Positions 12,901-24,936 of a stretch of DNA of 64,000 bases are shown in pieces. The DNA is from Scyliorhinus canicula. Its lineage: Eukaryota. A model generated the notes under the pieces. The model did not search any database and was not told the DNA's origin. It saw only the letters and a program-made list of their open reading frames with translations. The position numbers and the translations under genes were made by a program. The stretch covers positions 152,460,804-152,524,803 of the forward strand of contig NC_052156.1 in the NCBI RefSeq assembly GCF_902713615.1, read 5' to 3'. Position 1 is the stretch's first letter; each line of letters starts with the position of its first letter.

Positions 12901-15900
12901 ATACTGCGTGGCCAGCGATTCATCATCCCCACCTCTCTGCAGAGATACTGCATACAGCAACCCTACCAAAGACACTGTGTCAGCTGCAGCAGCCTAACCA
13001 GTGTTTTACACAATGTAAAATGGTATGCGTTGTTAGCGTGTTCAATTTATATGTTGTAAGTAGTTTGCATCCAGTGGCTATTCTCACACAATCTTACACC
13101 TCAGGTCACCGGTTGTCCCAACTTTTTTTTTAGTAAATTTAGAGTAGCCAATTATTTTATTTTCCAATTAAGGGGCAATTTAGCATGACCAATCCACCTA
13201 CCCTGCACATCTTTGGGTTGTGAGGGTGAAACCCACGCAGACATGGGGAGACGGTGCAAACTCCACACGGACAGTGACCCAGGGCCGGGATCCGAACCCG
13301 GGTCCTCAGCGCCGAAGTCCCAGTGCTAACCACTGCGCCACATGCCACCCTTGGTTGCCCCAACTTAAACGGGGAAGATGTAGACTGGGTGGGCATGTGG
13401 ACGCTGTGATGACGCATAAGAGGTCACGTGTCGGGAGCGCGGGAGTTCTCCCCGGAGCGCAGACAGACACGCAGCATGTAAGAGCTGCTGAAGAGTATTC
13501 AATAAACTGTTATTCCCAGCACTTTTTAGACCCTGATTCCACTGCTGCACCAGGTGAAATAACTTGCTATGACTGACATAACCTAATGACTTTAAAATTT
13601 TAAAAGCAATCACATCACCACTCCCTTTTCCAGTGAGAACAGGCCCAAATTTACACAGTTACTGGTAGATAAACAATTCCAATGAAAGTCACATCATTAG
13701 TATTAACCTCTCCATTTTCTGACTGATTGATGTCCTGCACATTTGCTGCAGTTTCTCTTCTTGTTTAAGTTTTAATCTTTATTTCACATTACAAAATGCT
13801 ACACTTTTGATAAAAATCAGTTTGGAATATTCTGACCCTCGTCTGGCCCTTGACACCCCCGTTAGGTGATTGTTGTGGAGGTGGATGGGAGGACAGCTGA
13901 CTGGGATATCAAACGTCTCCTCAGTGAGGGAAATTCAGCAGACAAGTGCTAACAGGCAATTCTGAGCTCGGAACTTTCCAGAACACGATTACATAATATA
14001 ACGTCTGCTACCTCAACTACGGTCCAAGTCTGGAATAAAATCCAGTAAAAGTAAAATATGAGGAAACAAAAGAGATTTAAACAAGTGAATTATTTGTGAC
14101 TTTTCAAGCCTGATATTTGTCAGATTGTCCTACACTGCCCATTGTCAGAAAGCCGATCGCCTAGTTCAGGCATTCCCAAACTGGGGTCGCCAGGGGGTCC
14201 GTGGCAGGACAGGCTCATTTGTAACGTATGAAAAGTGGTGCAGGTTCGCTTGTCCACAGGCCAGCCTCTGATTGGACGAGCTGGAAACAGCACAATACTC
14301 AAATCTCCATATTGGGGCAAGTGTGCACAGCGGAGTGATGGGAAGAGCGCAACTTGAAGCTAAGAATCTAGGCCAACCCTCCAGTGCGGCATTGAGGAAG
14401 TCCCCAGGGCCCAGGAGCTATATCAGTGGTGAGCAACCTGTGGCCCGGGGCCACATGCAGCCCATTTGACCTCTGAGTGCAGCCCACGAGACAGTTTATT
14501 GACCGTTGCCCACGTGCAGGGTAGTCACATTCCACTGGTTTCAATTTGCATGTTTTTTTCCTACCGTTATGACTGAAATGATATGCACGCAAAGCAAGGC
14601 CAAGTGGAGTGAGGTGCTTGCTGATTCCACACAGAATTGACTGTGAGAGCCATGCGCTCTCTCTGCGTCCGAAGTGTAAATATTTATTTTGTTTTTACCA
14701 TTTGAAGTTCATGGTAGTTCTATTAATATATAAATGTTTAAGTATTTTCTATAACTTCCTCTGAAATATGCAGCATGTATTAAATGTATTTAATTTTATC
14801 CTTGGGGGCCATGATTAATGAACAAGTCCGATTTCAATCTTGCGGCCCAAAGAGTTGAAGAAGGGCCACTCATGTGGCCCATTCATTAGCTTAGGTTGCC
14901 CCTCACTGTGCTACTCTGTCGCAAGTCTCCATACGTATGGTGAATGTATTCACCTAAGTATGAACTGTCTGTATAGTGCTGTGACCTATGACCTGGAAAT
15001 GATAATACGGTCTACTTCCAGGTACTGTACTGGAACCCCGGTGGGCTCCGCCTCTGGTTCCGCCCTCACCGGGTGAATAGATAGACCGGCCACCTATGGG
15101 TGGCACTCATTTGTACAGCAAATACTGGCAGGCGAGTTCCTGGATAATAAAGCCTGAGATTCACTCGTTCTCACGGTGGAATAACGGTATAACAATAAGA
15201 TAACACTAAAATAGGTGGGACAGTAAGTTGCAATTAGGAAATAGGAACGTAACAAATGGATATAGATAGGTTAGGTGAGTGGCAGATGGAGTTTAATCTG
15301 GATAAGTGTGAGGTCATCCATGTTGGACGGAAAAATGGAAAGGCAATTTATTCTCTAAATGCGGATGCTTCCTCGAAAATGAGAGGTCACAGTCTCAGGA
15401 TAAGGGGTAGCAAATTTAGAACCAGAATCACTACTAGAGTGCAGAGGAAGGCCATTCAGCCCATCGTGTCTGCACCCACCCTCTGAAAGAGCACCCTAAC
15501 CAGGCTCCCGCCCGCTCCTTGAAAACCTGAATCCAGGTCTCTGGCACTGTGAGGCAGCAGTGCTAATCACTGTGTCACCTGCTGCCCCTGGCGGCAGAGA
15601 TGAGGAGGAACTACATCGCCCAATTCGCTACCCCAGAGTGCGGTGGATGCTGGGACAGTGAGTAAAGTTAAGAGGAGTTAGACAGATTTTTAATTGGTAA
15701 TGGGTTAAAAGGTTATAGGGTTACGGAGAACGGGCAGGACGGTGGAATGAGGCCATGATGAGTTCAGCCATGATGGTATTGAGCAGTGGAGCAAGCTTGA
15801 GAGACTAGATTGCCTACTCCTGCGCCTAGTTTTTATGTTCTAAGAAAGAACTATTCTGTCTAATTCCATCTTCCAGCTCTTGGTCTGTAGCCCTGTCGGT

Positions 15901-16850
15901 AACAGCACAAATCTGGTGTTCTTGATTAATAAGGGGATTTCTTGATCTATAACGGGATCAGAGGTTATGGGGAGAAGGTAGGAGATTGGGAATGAGGAAC
16001 ATAACAGCCATGATCGAATGGTAGAGCAGACTCGATGGACCAAATGGCCTAATCCTGCTCCGATATCTAATGGAAACGTTAAACTGTCTGCTCTCCACAG
16101 GAGTGCAAAGGATCCCATGACATTATTGTAAAAAAGAGCAGGGAAGTTATCCCCAGACATCTGACAACAATTTATCTCTCAATTTCACTGAAAAACATTA
16201 TAGGCCCATTATCACATTGAAAATTGTCTGCTGTGTTTCCTGAATAATAATGATAATTCAAAAGTACTTCATTGGCCATAAAGTGCTTTGGGACGTCCTG
16301 AGATCTTTTCTAATTTGTATTGATCCATCTGTTTTAAAAGGGGTCAGTTGACCCTGAGAGAATCTTTCTCTAAGAATTTCTTTCCCATTAAGTAATTTAT
16401 GGCAGGAAAAGTTCTGCCTGACATCTAACCTTATCTGCGACTCATGAATGTGGTGCCTATGATGTCATATCCCACGCTTATTGTCCAAATTAAACCACTT
16501 GCTTATTTTCACCTCATTGATGTGTATTTCAATTGGTTGGACAACATCTTCCCTCAGTCCCTTTTTCTCCAATGAAAATAAAGTTAGTCACCTGAGATTT
16601 TCTTCATCCCTTTTTTTAAGGAATTAACCCCTTAACCCACTTGAAATAGGAGGGATTAATTACATTGGAAAATGCTGAGGTGGAAGCCCTAGGGGAGTGG
16701 GTCTGAGAGAAGGCACTAGGTGCAAATTGATTGACAACCACCAGAGCTCAAGTAAGATTGATGACCCTTGGATGTTACTCACCCGATATAAGTTACCTGG
16801 CGATGAGGAGTCACAAAGACAATACTGAGAAACAGCCAAAATACCTTCAT
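837..16850 (-). CDS. Carboxypeptidase A family (M14A; CPA1/2/4/5-like) preproenzyme, first 7 coding exons; 3' exons lie left of the window
   Basis: Spliced frame: [23 protein letters not shown]|[27 protein letters not shown]|LNFWKAP..MIKNLQ|[17 protein letters not shown]|IYTWL..LYVLK|[27 protein letters not shown]|[18 protein letters not shown]. Exon sizes 68/82/135/96/102/99/111, GT-AG junctions, phases consistent, HxxE zinc motif and NPDG present. Confidence 0.95.
1390..1488 (-). CDS. CPA coding exon 6 (zinc-binding HxxE)
   Basis: cacatag|[33 protein letters not shown]|gtaag; 99 nt. Not in the ORF track. Confidence 0.96.
2240..3780 (-). mobile_element. CR1 LINE ORF2 (RT) fragment, interrupted by a SINE
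   Basis: ORF 2229..3179: [41 protein letters not shown]. Confidence 0.93.
3228..3475 (+). mobile_element. tRNA-headed SINE (family B, ..aaatcaccaccagtcagctctcccc..)
   Basis: A/B-box-like head tagctcagttgg..ggttcaat; homologous to 12145-12567. Confidence 0.8.
3985..4086 (-). CDS. CPA coding exon 5
   Basis: cttcag|[34 protein letters not shown]|gttgat; 102 nt. Confidence 0.95.
5660..6200 (+). mobile_element. Degenerate L2-like LINE 3' fragment
   Basis: Resembles L2 ORF2 end (ccctcctccatgcc..agactctactgttccaa..taaactagagctcacccaaaact); recognised by eye only. Confidence 0.5.
6319..6414 (-). CDS. CPA coding exon 4 (activation site)
   Basis: ttttcag|[32 protein letters not shown]|gtgaga; 96 nt; F-x-Y-x-x-YH motif. 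Confidence 0.94.
7326..7460 (-). CDS. CPA coding exon 3 (propeptide)
   Basis: ttgcag|[37 protein letters not shown]|gtaaat; 135 nt. Confidence 0.95.
7515..8225 (+). mobile_element. Deu-domain SINE (SacSINE1/AmnSINE1-like), split by a minus-strand LINE 3' fragment (~7590-8020)
   Basis: tRNA-like head at 7515-7580, then ctccagtgcagcactgagggtgcgctgcactgtcagag..cccatggctctactttgaagaaaagcaggggagtt..gtcctggccaata. Related pieces at ~16075-16300 and ~32230-32350. Confidence 0.65.
8698..8926 (+). mobile_element. HE1/V-SINE-like SINE with 15-bp TSD
   Basis: tRNA head plus core ctgtgtggagtttgcacattctccccgtg; TSD aattggaacaattac at 8683-8697 and 8927-8941. Confidence 0.92.
8942..9023 (-). CDS. CPA coding exon 2 (propeptide)
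   Basis: cccttag|A CAT CAG GTA TTG CGT ([17 protein letters not shown])|gtaatt; 82 nt. Not in the ORF track. Confidence 0.93.
9365..9553 (-). mobile_element. tRNA-headed SINE (family C) with (TTTCA)n tail
   Basis: Reverse complement of the element at 12358-12540. Further copies at 28320-28498 and 36412-36560. Confidence 0.85.
9680..9845. repeat. Degenerate ~21-bp tandem repeat (ctttgggagaggcaaggtgcc-like)
   Basis: About 6-7 imperfect units visible. Confidence 0.65.
9985..10203 (-). mobile_element. HE1/V-SINE-like SINE with 13-bp TSD
   Basis: TSD ttcattctgtctg at 9972-9984 and 10205-10217. Confidence 0.92.
12145..12567 (+). mobile_element. Family B SINE with a family C SINE (12358-12540) inserted into it
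   Basis: The family B body resumes at 12541; catctagga/catctggga duplication flanks the insert. Confidence 0.8.
13125..13350 (-). mobile_element. HE1/V-SINE-like SINE
   Basis: Core motif; TSD ggttgtcccaactt / ggttgccccaactt. Confidence 0.9.
14938..15194 (+). mobile_element. Solo LTR (Gypsy-like)
   Basis: TG..CA ends (tggtgaatg..tataaca), GC-box-rich middle, AATAAA near the end; resembles 30728-31013. Confidence 0.6.
16783..16850 (-). CDS. CPA coding exon 1 (signal peptide)
   Basis: ATG at 16850, [24 protein letters not shown], donor GG|GTGAGT. Phase 2 matches the next exon. Confidence 0.88.
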
Positions 16851-19234
16851 TATCTGTGGAAATAGAGAATTAAATAATAACGGTGTTACTAAATTTTTTG
16901 TTTGAATATATTTTGATTGAAATTCCGCCACTGGTGTCACTGTGCGTCATTGGGACATTTTGCTGTATCTGGGTTCCTTCCAAAGCAGAGGGATCTCCAA
17001 CGGTTAATTGTTCAGTGAGCAGAGTTTCCAACACTCAAGGCTCCACGATGGATCCATCATGAGAGTTTGGACAGAGCTTCTTCAGACTGATTGAAGGATG
17101 ACTAGGGGTGGCCAAGACAAATGGCATCACGATGCCCGTATCTCAGTAATGGCTAAAAATCTTCTTTTTAAAAAATATTAGAAGCGAGAAAAGGCCAGTC
17201 AGCCTAACATGACCGTGCTCCACACAATCTTCATTGAAACCCAGTAACTTATCCTTCTATTCTTTTCTTCATCATCTGTTTATCTCGATTCCCCATAAAT
17301 GTATCCATTATATTCTTTTAAACTACCCCCTGGGGTAGCAAGTTTCACATTCTCATCACTCTCTTGGGTCAATGTTGTATGGAGAGTGGTTAACTAGGAA
17401 CTTGAATTTCTAACTGCCCATCATAACCATGTCCCGACGCCCACACGCGTCGTCACCCCAGGAGACCATTCCCCTCCTCCCAAAAATCCCCCAGCACTGA
17501 CCTTATCGTATTGAGTTCTTCACCTCAACCTGTTGAAATTTCCAGTCTCAGAAGATCTTTGTTAGCCACTGAGAAAAGTCTTGCCAGCCGAGGCAATTTG
17601 CAAAGGAGAAGTGTTAAAACAGTGAGAGATTCCTGACAGCGGTGGAGGCTGGCAGCTGCAATGTCGCCCGTAACTGAGTTGTTGAGTATTTGTGCAATTC
17701 TACGGCTATCAATGTTGGGAGGCGGATACCACAAAGCGTTGTGATAAGCTTGAGGTTGGCTAATAAAACTTGCAACTGTTTTGCTAAGAAATGCAATGAA
17801 ATATGAGAACCTGTGGGTAACAGGAAGCTTTGTGAATCTTGTGTGGGGTTTGTATTGCCTGAGGGCGACAAAGCTGATTTATGAAGCTTTGGCAAATTCT
17901 GCAGCGAATCCACTCGCAGGTGACACTTAGGTGATAAAGTGAATCTTTGATCAGCACGCTTTTTTTCCATAATGTATACTGTGCGGCCTTATAGGAACGT
18001 TGTGAAGCTGCAAACGTATTGCAAGTTGGCCAGGTGTCCCACCAGTCCAAATCGAGTGTTTACAAAGGTTCAGAAGAAAGTTGTCCAGCAAACTGTGGGA
18101 ATTTACATAATCCATTGCTTGCTGCCTGGTTCCACCAGTGAAGGCCCCAGGGGATTTTGTGGATCCTGTGCCAATAGAGATAAAAGTCTGATTTATATAG
18201 CTTTCAAAAATTCTGCGATGCATTTGTATTAACCCTGCACTTGGCCATAGCAATGTGAGAAATAGGAATGGGTGTTAGGTCATTCTGCTCCACCGTCAAT
18301 AAGACCATGGCTGATCTCTTTCTTCCTCCACTTTCTCGCCATCATCCCACGATTTCCCAACCGCTTAAAAATATATTGACATAGTCTTGAATCCACTCAG
18401 TCGCTGGGAATTCTGAAGATTCACACCCCTTTGAATGAGTTAAGACATTTCTCCTTATCTCAGCCCAAAATGGTCCACACCTTATGAGAGACTATGGGTG
18501 GAATTCTCCCATGCCCGCGCTGATGGGTTCAATGGCGGGTGGTGGGCAGCAGGGGTTGGGAGGGGGGATGGTGATGGGGGAGAGACGTTGGTGGGAGGGC
18601 CAGAATATAGATTTACACCATTATTGGTGTTCTCTGCGATGCCAGCGGAAAACACGGTGGTACAAAACACTTCTGGAATGACGTGGTGTGCAGATGTCAG
18701 GGCTGAACCCCGCGGGCAATGCCTGGTGCTGCCTCCGGAGATCGGGATGGAGGCCACCTGCAATCGTGGATCCCCCGGAAACCACAGCACCGGGTGGGGG
18801 GAGCATCGACAGGTGGAACTTCCAGATTTGGCGTCACGGAGGAGGTCCACCTTCAATTTCTGGAGGTCCACCTTCTTTGCTCAATAATGGGTCAGTGCTG
18901 TTGGGCATGTTTTCGATAGGGAGCCCGGATACGACAACGTGCCACCAGGTCTTGCCTGCCCCGGAACATGGCGCAAAACACCCGGCAGCATAATTAATAG
19001 GACAGGACCAGGAGATTTGGTGTGCTTTCCAATTGGCCCCACAGCAGGAAACGTTCCACGTTCCAGCCCAGTCACAGGACTTACTCCCAGGATGGGAGAA
19101 TTCTGCCAGAAGTCCCCTGGTGCTAGTCTCTCCGGCCAGGGTAACCAATAGTTTTGGAAAATTCAGACTTCTATTTGTATAAGAGCTAGAAAGTCCCAGG
19201 TGGTAAAATTGTTCAGATGGTGCCCCCCCCAGGC

Positions 19235-19653
19235 TGTCATAATATCCACTCATGTATATCATGAGATGCAGACAGGCAGTGATTGGCACACAGGATAACC
19301 AATGAACACACATGACACAGAATAACCAATCACCAGACAGGACACCACCACTCTAAAGCCCACAGGGCATTAAGGCTCTCCCTCTCTCACAGGACACAGC
19401 TAGGGAGATAGTCGCAGTGCACAGGCCAATGAATATCATCACCATGTGATAAAGAGCTAGTCTGGTCAAGCCAGTAGGAGGTTATCAGTTAGGTTAATAG
19501 AGTGTCAACCCACAGCAGATTATGTACAGCAATCAACAGGTTCAATAAGACAGTGTTGGACCATCTCCTGTGTCGGAAGCCTGTTTCTCGTTTTACTGCA
19601 TCCAGTTGCAGTCGATGTTAGACCAGCACAGATAACACATCATGGTACCAGAG
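19235..19653 (+). mobile_element. LTR plus primer-binding site of a Gypsy-like element
   Basis: tgtcataat..aacacatca (19235-19642) followed directly by tggtaccagag; repeated ccaat motifs. Confidence 0.7.
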
Positions 19654-20149
19654 AGCTAGTAACTCTATCGAACCTACCTCGAGCTTTACCCACCCTTGGT
19701 CTAATTCACCCATTACTCTGCAAATTACTGTTGATGAGAGTCTAAATGTCACACCCCTTATAATGTTAGGGTCAAGCATTTCCACAGAAGTTATGACGAT
19801 TGTGAAATGGCTTCAGGCCCTTTACATCAGTACCATTTTCCTCTTTTGTGGTCAGCAGATGTTTTTTCCCCTCATTTGTAACCACTGCACTTTCCACATT
19901 TGTCGTCAAAACTGAGAAATAGATTGCAGTTTCTGGGGTGAGGTGGAAATGTTTCGTAACAATAGCGATATTGGAAACCATCACAACACACGAAGAATAA
20001 TCAGAGAACTGGCATAATTAATTTGATACATCTTGAAGCCATTTAATCTCTCACCACCCAATTTCTCTCCAGTCAACATCCCTCTACCCCCCCCCCCCCC
20101 CCCACCTCTTCCATGACACAAAGAATGTAGAATATGCGACCCTCTGATC

Positions 20150-22606
20150 CCACACCCAGCGGCCACTCTAACCTCCCAAAAATGTTGGGGAACGAAGGAT
20201 CTCGTGAGAGGGCAGAATTGAAGGAAATCAGTATTAGTAAGAAAGCGGTGATGGAGAAATCCATGGGGTTAAAGGCTGACAAATCGCCAGGGCCTAATAA
20301 GCTACATTGCAAAGTTAGGGCAGTATGGTGATACAGTGGTTAGCACTGCAGCCTCACGGCGCCGAGGTCCCAGGTTCAATCCCGGCTCTGGGTCACTCTC
20401 CGTGTGGGGTTTGCACATTCTTCCCGTGTTTGCCTGGGTTTCGCTCCCACAACCCAAAGATGTGGAGGGTAGGTGGATTGGCCATGCTAAATTGCCCCTC
20501 AATTGGAAAAAGTGAATTGGGTACTCTAAATTTTAAAAAAAATTGCAGAGTATTAAAGGAAGTGGCCCTGTATAGTAATCCAGGAGACATGGGCAGGAGA
20601 TTTAACTTTGTTTATTTAAAATCCAAATGTTCCCCCCTCGCTCCCATGATGGTGGGGCCTTCTCTGCCTCTTGGTATGTGTCCATGCACCGACCGTCATT
20701 GGGGCTTGGATAGGGGGTCCACAGCGGATGGGGTATCATCTCTTTCATGCTAAGCACTGAAGGGCTGCTGCTGGGGTCTCTTCCTTGACAGTGACTTTTG
20801 GCTGCGGTTCTGTCACCTTTACTTGCGGAGCCCGGGTCCTCCTCGTCTTGCTGACTGAATCACCTTTTACCAGAATCGACTTATGGTAAGGCTGTCCAGA
20901 ATCTTGCTCCTCGTCGCCAGTGTAGTAATCTAGGAGACACAGGCAGGAAGGTTAACTTTGTTTATTTATAGCTCAAAGGTAAAGCCATTACTGCAGCATA
21001 CAACAATAGAGTTAGCTTGGGGCTACCAGAACCGCTGGTCCAGGTTTGGGCCTGCATCTAAAGAGTTAATGAGTCCCAGCTGGACGGGCCTTTGGCAGTT
21101 ACCGTGGAACCTCACACTCCACGAGCCACAAGGGGAGATCTATTATTAATCACCCATGGTCCTCATGGGGGTTATCACAACCTGGAAATATTGGATATAT
21201 TGGTGGTCGTCTTCCAAAATTCTATAGAAACTGGAGATATCCCTACAGATTGGAGGGTGGCAAATTTAAAAGGGGAGGGAGCAAAAAACAGGAGAGTTAC
21301 AGACCAGTTAACCTGTATGTGGATGATGTTGTAGTCTAGCATAAAAGATGTGATAACAGAATATTTGGAAACTATTAACAGGATTGGCAAAACCAGCAGT
21401 AATTTGAGGATGCAACTAGAATAGGTAAGGGAGAACCAGTGGATGTGGTGCATTTGGACTTTCAGATGGCTTTTGATAAGGTCCCTCAAAAGAGGTTAGT
21501 TGGCAAAATTAAAACACTTGGATGGGGATAATGTATTGGCATGGATCAATAATAATAATAATAATCTTTATTAGTGTCACAAGTAGGCTTACATTAACAC
21601 TGCAATGAAGTAATTGTGAAAATCTCCTAGTCGCCACACTCCGGCGCCTGTTCGGGTACACCGAGGGAGAATTCAGCATGTCCACTTCACCTATCAAGCA
21701 CGTCTTTTAGGACTTGTGGGAGGAAACCGGAGCACCTGGAGGAAACCCACGCAGACACAGGGAGAACGTGCAGAATCTGCACAGACAGTGATCCGAGCTG
21801 GGAATCGAACCCAGGACCCTGGAGCTGTGAAGCTGTGAATTGGGGTGATAGACACGGGGTGGCATGATAGTACAGTGGTTTTCCAAGTGGCAGGCAGTGA
21901 CTAGTGGGATATTGCAGGATCAGTGTTTGATTCCCAGCAAGATGTATATAAATGACCTGGATGAGGGAACCAAACGTAATATTTCCAAGTTGTGAGGAGG
22001 ATGCAAGGAGTCTTCAGGGTGATTTAGACAAGTTGAGTGAGTGGGCAAACACATGGCAGATACAATACAACGTGGCTAAATGTGCAGTTATACATTTAGG
22101 TGTGAAAAACAGAAAGGAAGAGTATTATTTAAATGATGATATATTGGGAAGTGTGGATGTACAAAGGGATCTGGGTGTCCTTGTACACCAGTCACTGAAA
22201 GTGGAGAGGCAGGTGCAGCAAATTAGGAAGGTAAATGGTATGTTGGCCTTCATTGCGAGAGGATTTGAGTTCAGAAGTAGAGGTGTCTTACTGCAACTGT
22301 GCAGGGTCTTGGTAAGACTACACCTGGTGTTCAGTGTGTAGATTTGGTCTCCCTACCTAAGAAAGGATATACTTGCCATAGAGGGAGTGCAGGTTGATAC
22401 CGGGGTTGATGGGACTTGTCCTGTGAGGAGAGATTGGTTCAACTGGGCCTGTATTCACTAGAGTTTCGAAGGATCAGAGGTGATCTGGCTGAAACATATA
22501 AAATTCCAATACGGCTGCACAGACTAGATGCAGGAGAATGTTTCCCCTGGTTGGGGAATCTAGAACCAAGGGACACAATCTCAGGATACAGGGTAGACCC
22601 TTTAGG
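20150..22606 (+). mobile_element. CR1 LINE ORF2 fragment (outer layer of a nested stack; resumes ~27060-27130)
   Basis: GLKADKSPGP, IPTDWRVAN, ttggactttcagatggcttttgataaggtccc, LQGDLDKLSEWANTWQ, RDLGVLV, LGLYSLEFRRIRGDL. Confidence 0.88.
20571..21179 (-). mobile_element. Internally deleted LTR element inside the CR1
   Basis: Full LTR 20921-21179, PBS tggcgacgagg (reverse complement of 20909-20919), partial second LTR end 20571-20620, TSD ccctg/acctg. Confidence 0.78.
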
Positions 22607-22733
22607 ATTGATTGATTGATTTATTGTCACATTTACCGAAGTACAGTGAAAAATCTTTTTCTGCAGCCAAGGGAACATACACAGTACATACATAGTAGAC
22701 AAAAAGAATAATGGACAAAGCACATTGACAAAT

Positions 22734-24936
22734 TAGAATGGGGGTTCTTGATGGCAGTTCTGGAGCGGTTTGGGATTGGACCAAGATTTGTGAACTGGGT
22801 AAAGCTATTATATAAGGAGCTGATGGCGAGTGTCCGCACAAACATCAGCTCGAGATACTTTCCTCTCCACCGTGGGACAAGGCAGGGATGTCCTATGTCG
22901 CCCCTACCGTTGGCCATCGCATTGAGAAGTTCGGTAGCATGGAAAGGAATAGTGAGGGGGGGGATAGAGCATAGGGTGTCCTTATATGCTGACGACTTGC
23001 TGGTATGTGTCGGAACCAAGTGTGTTTATAGGGGGAATATTGGAGTTACTGCGAGTATTTGGGTCTTTCTCGGGGTACAGGCTGAACCTGGACAAGAGTG
23101 AGTATTTTGTGGTGTCTCGGCCGGGGGTGGGGGCAGGGGTGATGGGGCTGCCATTCCGTAGAGCAGGGACTCACTTTAGGTATCTGGGGGTGCAGGTTGC
23201 CCGGGTTGGGGGGGGGGGGGGGGCTCTGCAGGTACAATGTCACTAGTTTGGTGGGGAGAGTGACAGCCGATCTGGCAAGGTGGGATGGTCTCCCTCTGTC
23301 ACTGGCGGGTCGGGTACAGGTGGTTAAAATGAATGTGTTGCCGCGATTTCTGGTTATTTTTCAATGCCTGCCGATTTTCCTCCCAAAGGCTTTTTTCAGG
23401 GAGATTGAGGGAAGGATTACCTCGTTCATATGGGGAGGGAAGGTGGCCAGAGTGAGGAAGGTGCTGCTACAGAGGGGAAGGCAGGCAGGGGGTTTGGGTC
23501 TCCCGAACCTGATGTACTACTACTGGGCGGCGAATGTGGAGAAGGTGTGGAGCTGGGTCAGAGGGGCTGATTCCCAGTGGGTCAGAATGGAGGCGAGTTT
23601 GTGCAGGGGGTCGGGACTGAAAGCACTAGCAACAGCGCCACTCCCGATAGCTCCGGGGAAATACTCAGGGAGTCCGGTAATAATAGCTTCATTGAAAATC
23701 TGGAGACAGTTTCGCCAACACTTCGGGTTGGGAGCAGGGTCAAGGGAAATGCCGATTCGGGGGAACCACAGATTTGAGCCAGGGATGTGGGATGGAAGTT
23801 TTCGGAAATGGGAAGAGAAGGCGATTATTTATTCACTAAAAGATTTGTTTCTTAGGGGTCGGTTTGCAGGATTGAGGGAGCTGGAAGCGAAGTATGGGCT
23901 GGAGCAGGGAGAAATGTTTAGACACATGCAGGTTCGAGATTTTGCCAGGAAGGATATACAGAGCTTCCCAGAGGAGTCGGCCTCCACGTTGCTGGAGGAG
24001 GTGCTGACGACAAGGGGACGGGAGAAGGGGGCAGTGTCAGCGGTGTACGGAGCTATTTTGGAAGAGGATAAGGCACCACTGGAAGGGATCAAAGCAAAGT
24101 GGGAAGAAGAGTTGGGAAAGGTTACAGAGGAGGGGTCTGGTGTGCGGTGCTGCAGAGAGTAAATGCCTCCACATCATGTGCAAGGTTGGGGTTGATACAG
24201 CTGAAGGTGGTGTACAGAGCACACCTCACGGGGGCGAGGATGAACTGATTCTTTGAAGGAGTATAAGATGTGTGTGAGCGTTGCGGGGGGGTGGGGCGCT
24301 AATCACGTTCATATGTTTTGGTCCTGTCCAAAGCTAGAGGAGTACTGGAAGGAGGTTTTTAGGGTAATTTCCAAGGTGGTGCACGTGAAACTGGACCCGG
24401 GTCCCCGGGAGGCCATATTCGGGTGTCGGACCAGCCAGGGTTGGAAACGGGTGCGGAGGCAGATATCGTAGCCTTCGCCTCGTTGATCGCCCGAAGGCGG
24501 ATCCTGCTGATGGAGAGCAGCCTCTCCACCCTGTGCCCTGGCGTGGCGGGGGGACCTGTTGGAATACTTGGTCCTTGAGAAGGTTAAGTTTGAACTGAGG
24601 GGAAGGACAGAGGGGTTCTACAAGTCATGGGCATTATTCATTCTGCACTTTAAGAACTGGATAACATCGAACATTAGTTGGGGGGGGGGGGGGGGGGGGG
24701 GGTGGGGGGGAGGGGGGCTGTGTGTATTAAGGGTGACTATGGGTAATCCCTGATTCCTTTTTGTCATTTGTTTATGTAAACATGCGGGCTGATGTTTGGG
24801 GGTTGGTGGGAGGATGGGATTGTTGTTATTGTTATGGGGATTGACATATCTGTTGCTGATTATTGTTTATTGTTGGTGGGTGTAAATTCGGGAGAAAATG
24901 TGAAAAAGGAGGAGAATAAAAATATTTTTAAAAAAG
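22734..24936 (+). mobile_element. L1/Tx1-clade LINE, 5'-truncated ORF2 plus 3' UTR
   Basis: RGTRQGCPMSP, SLYADD, FRYLGV, LSLAGRV, GGLGLPN, C-terminal HMFWSCP; 16-bp TSD aagcacattgacaaat at 22718-22733 and 24937-24952. Confidence 0.92.

Larger units (their letters stand above)
11621..13560 (+). mobile_element. Internally deleted Gypsy-like LTR retrotransposon with two diverged LTRs and nested SINEs
   Basis: 5' LTR tgtagactga.. (11621-~11800), PBS-like tggtgtcagg at 11806, gag-like [15 protein letters not shown], integrase-region [16 protein letters not shown] ggggaaga then 3' LTR tgtagactgg.. from 13379. Both LTRs share cagcatgtaagagctgct..ataaactgttatt. Confidence 0.78.

Noticed and set aside
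13837-14029. Acceptor and donor pair in CPA intron 1 considered as exon 2
   Set aside because: Early stop in the required phase and no CPA similarity. The true exon 2 is 8942-9023.
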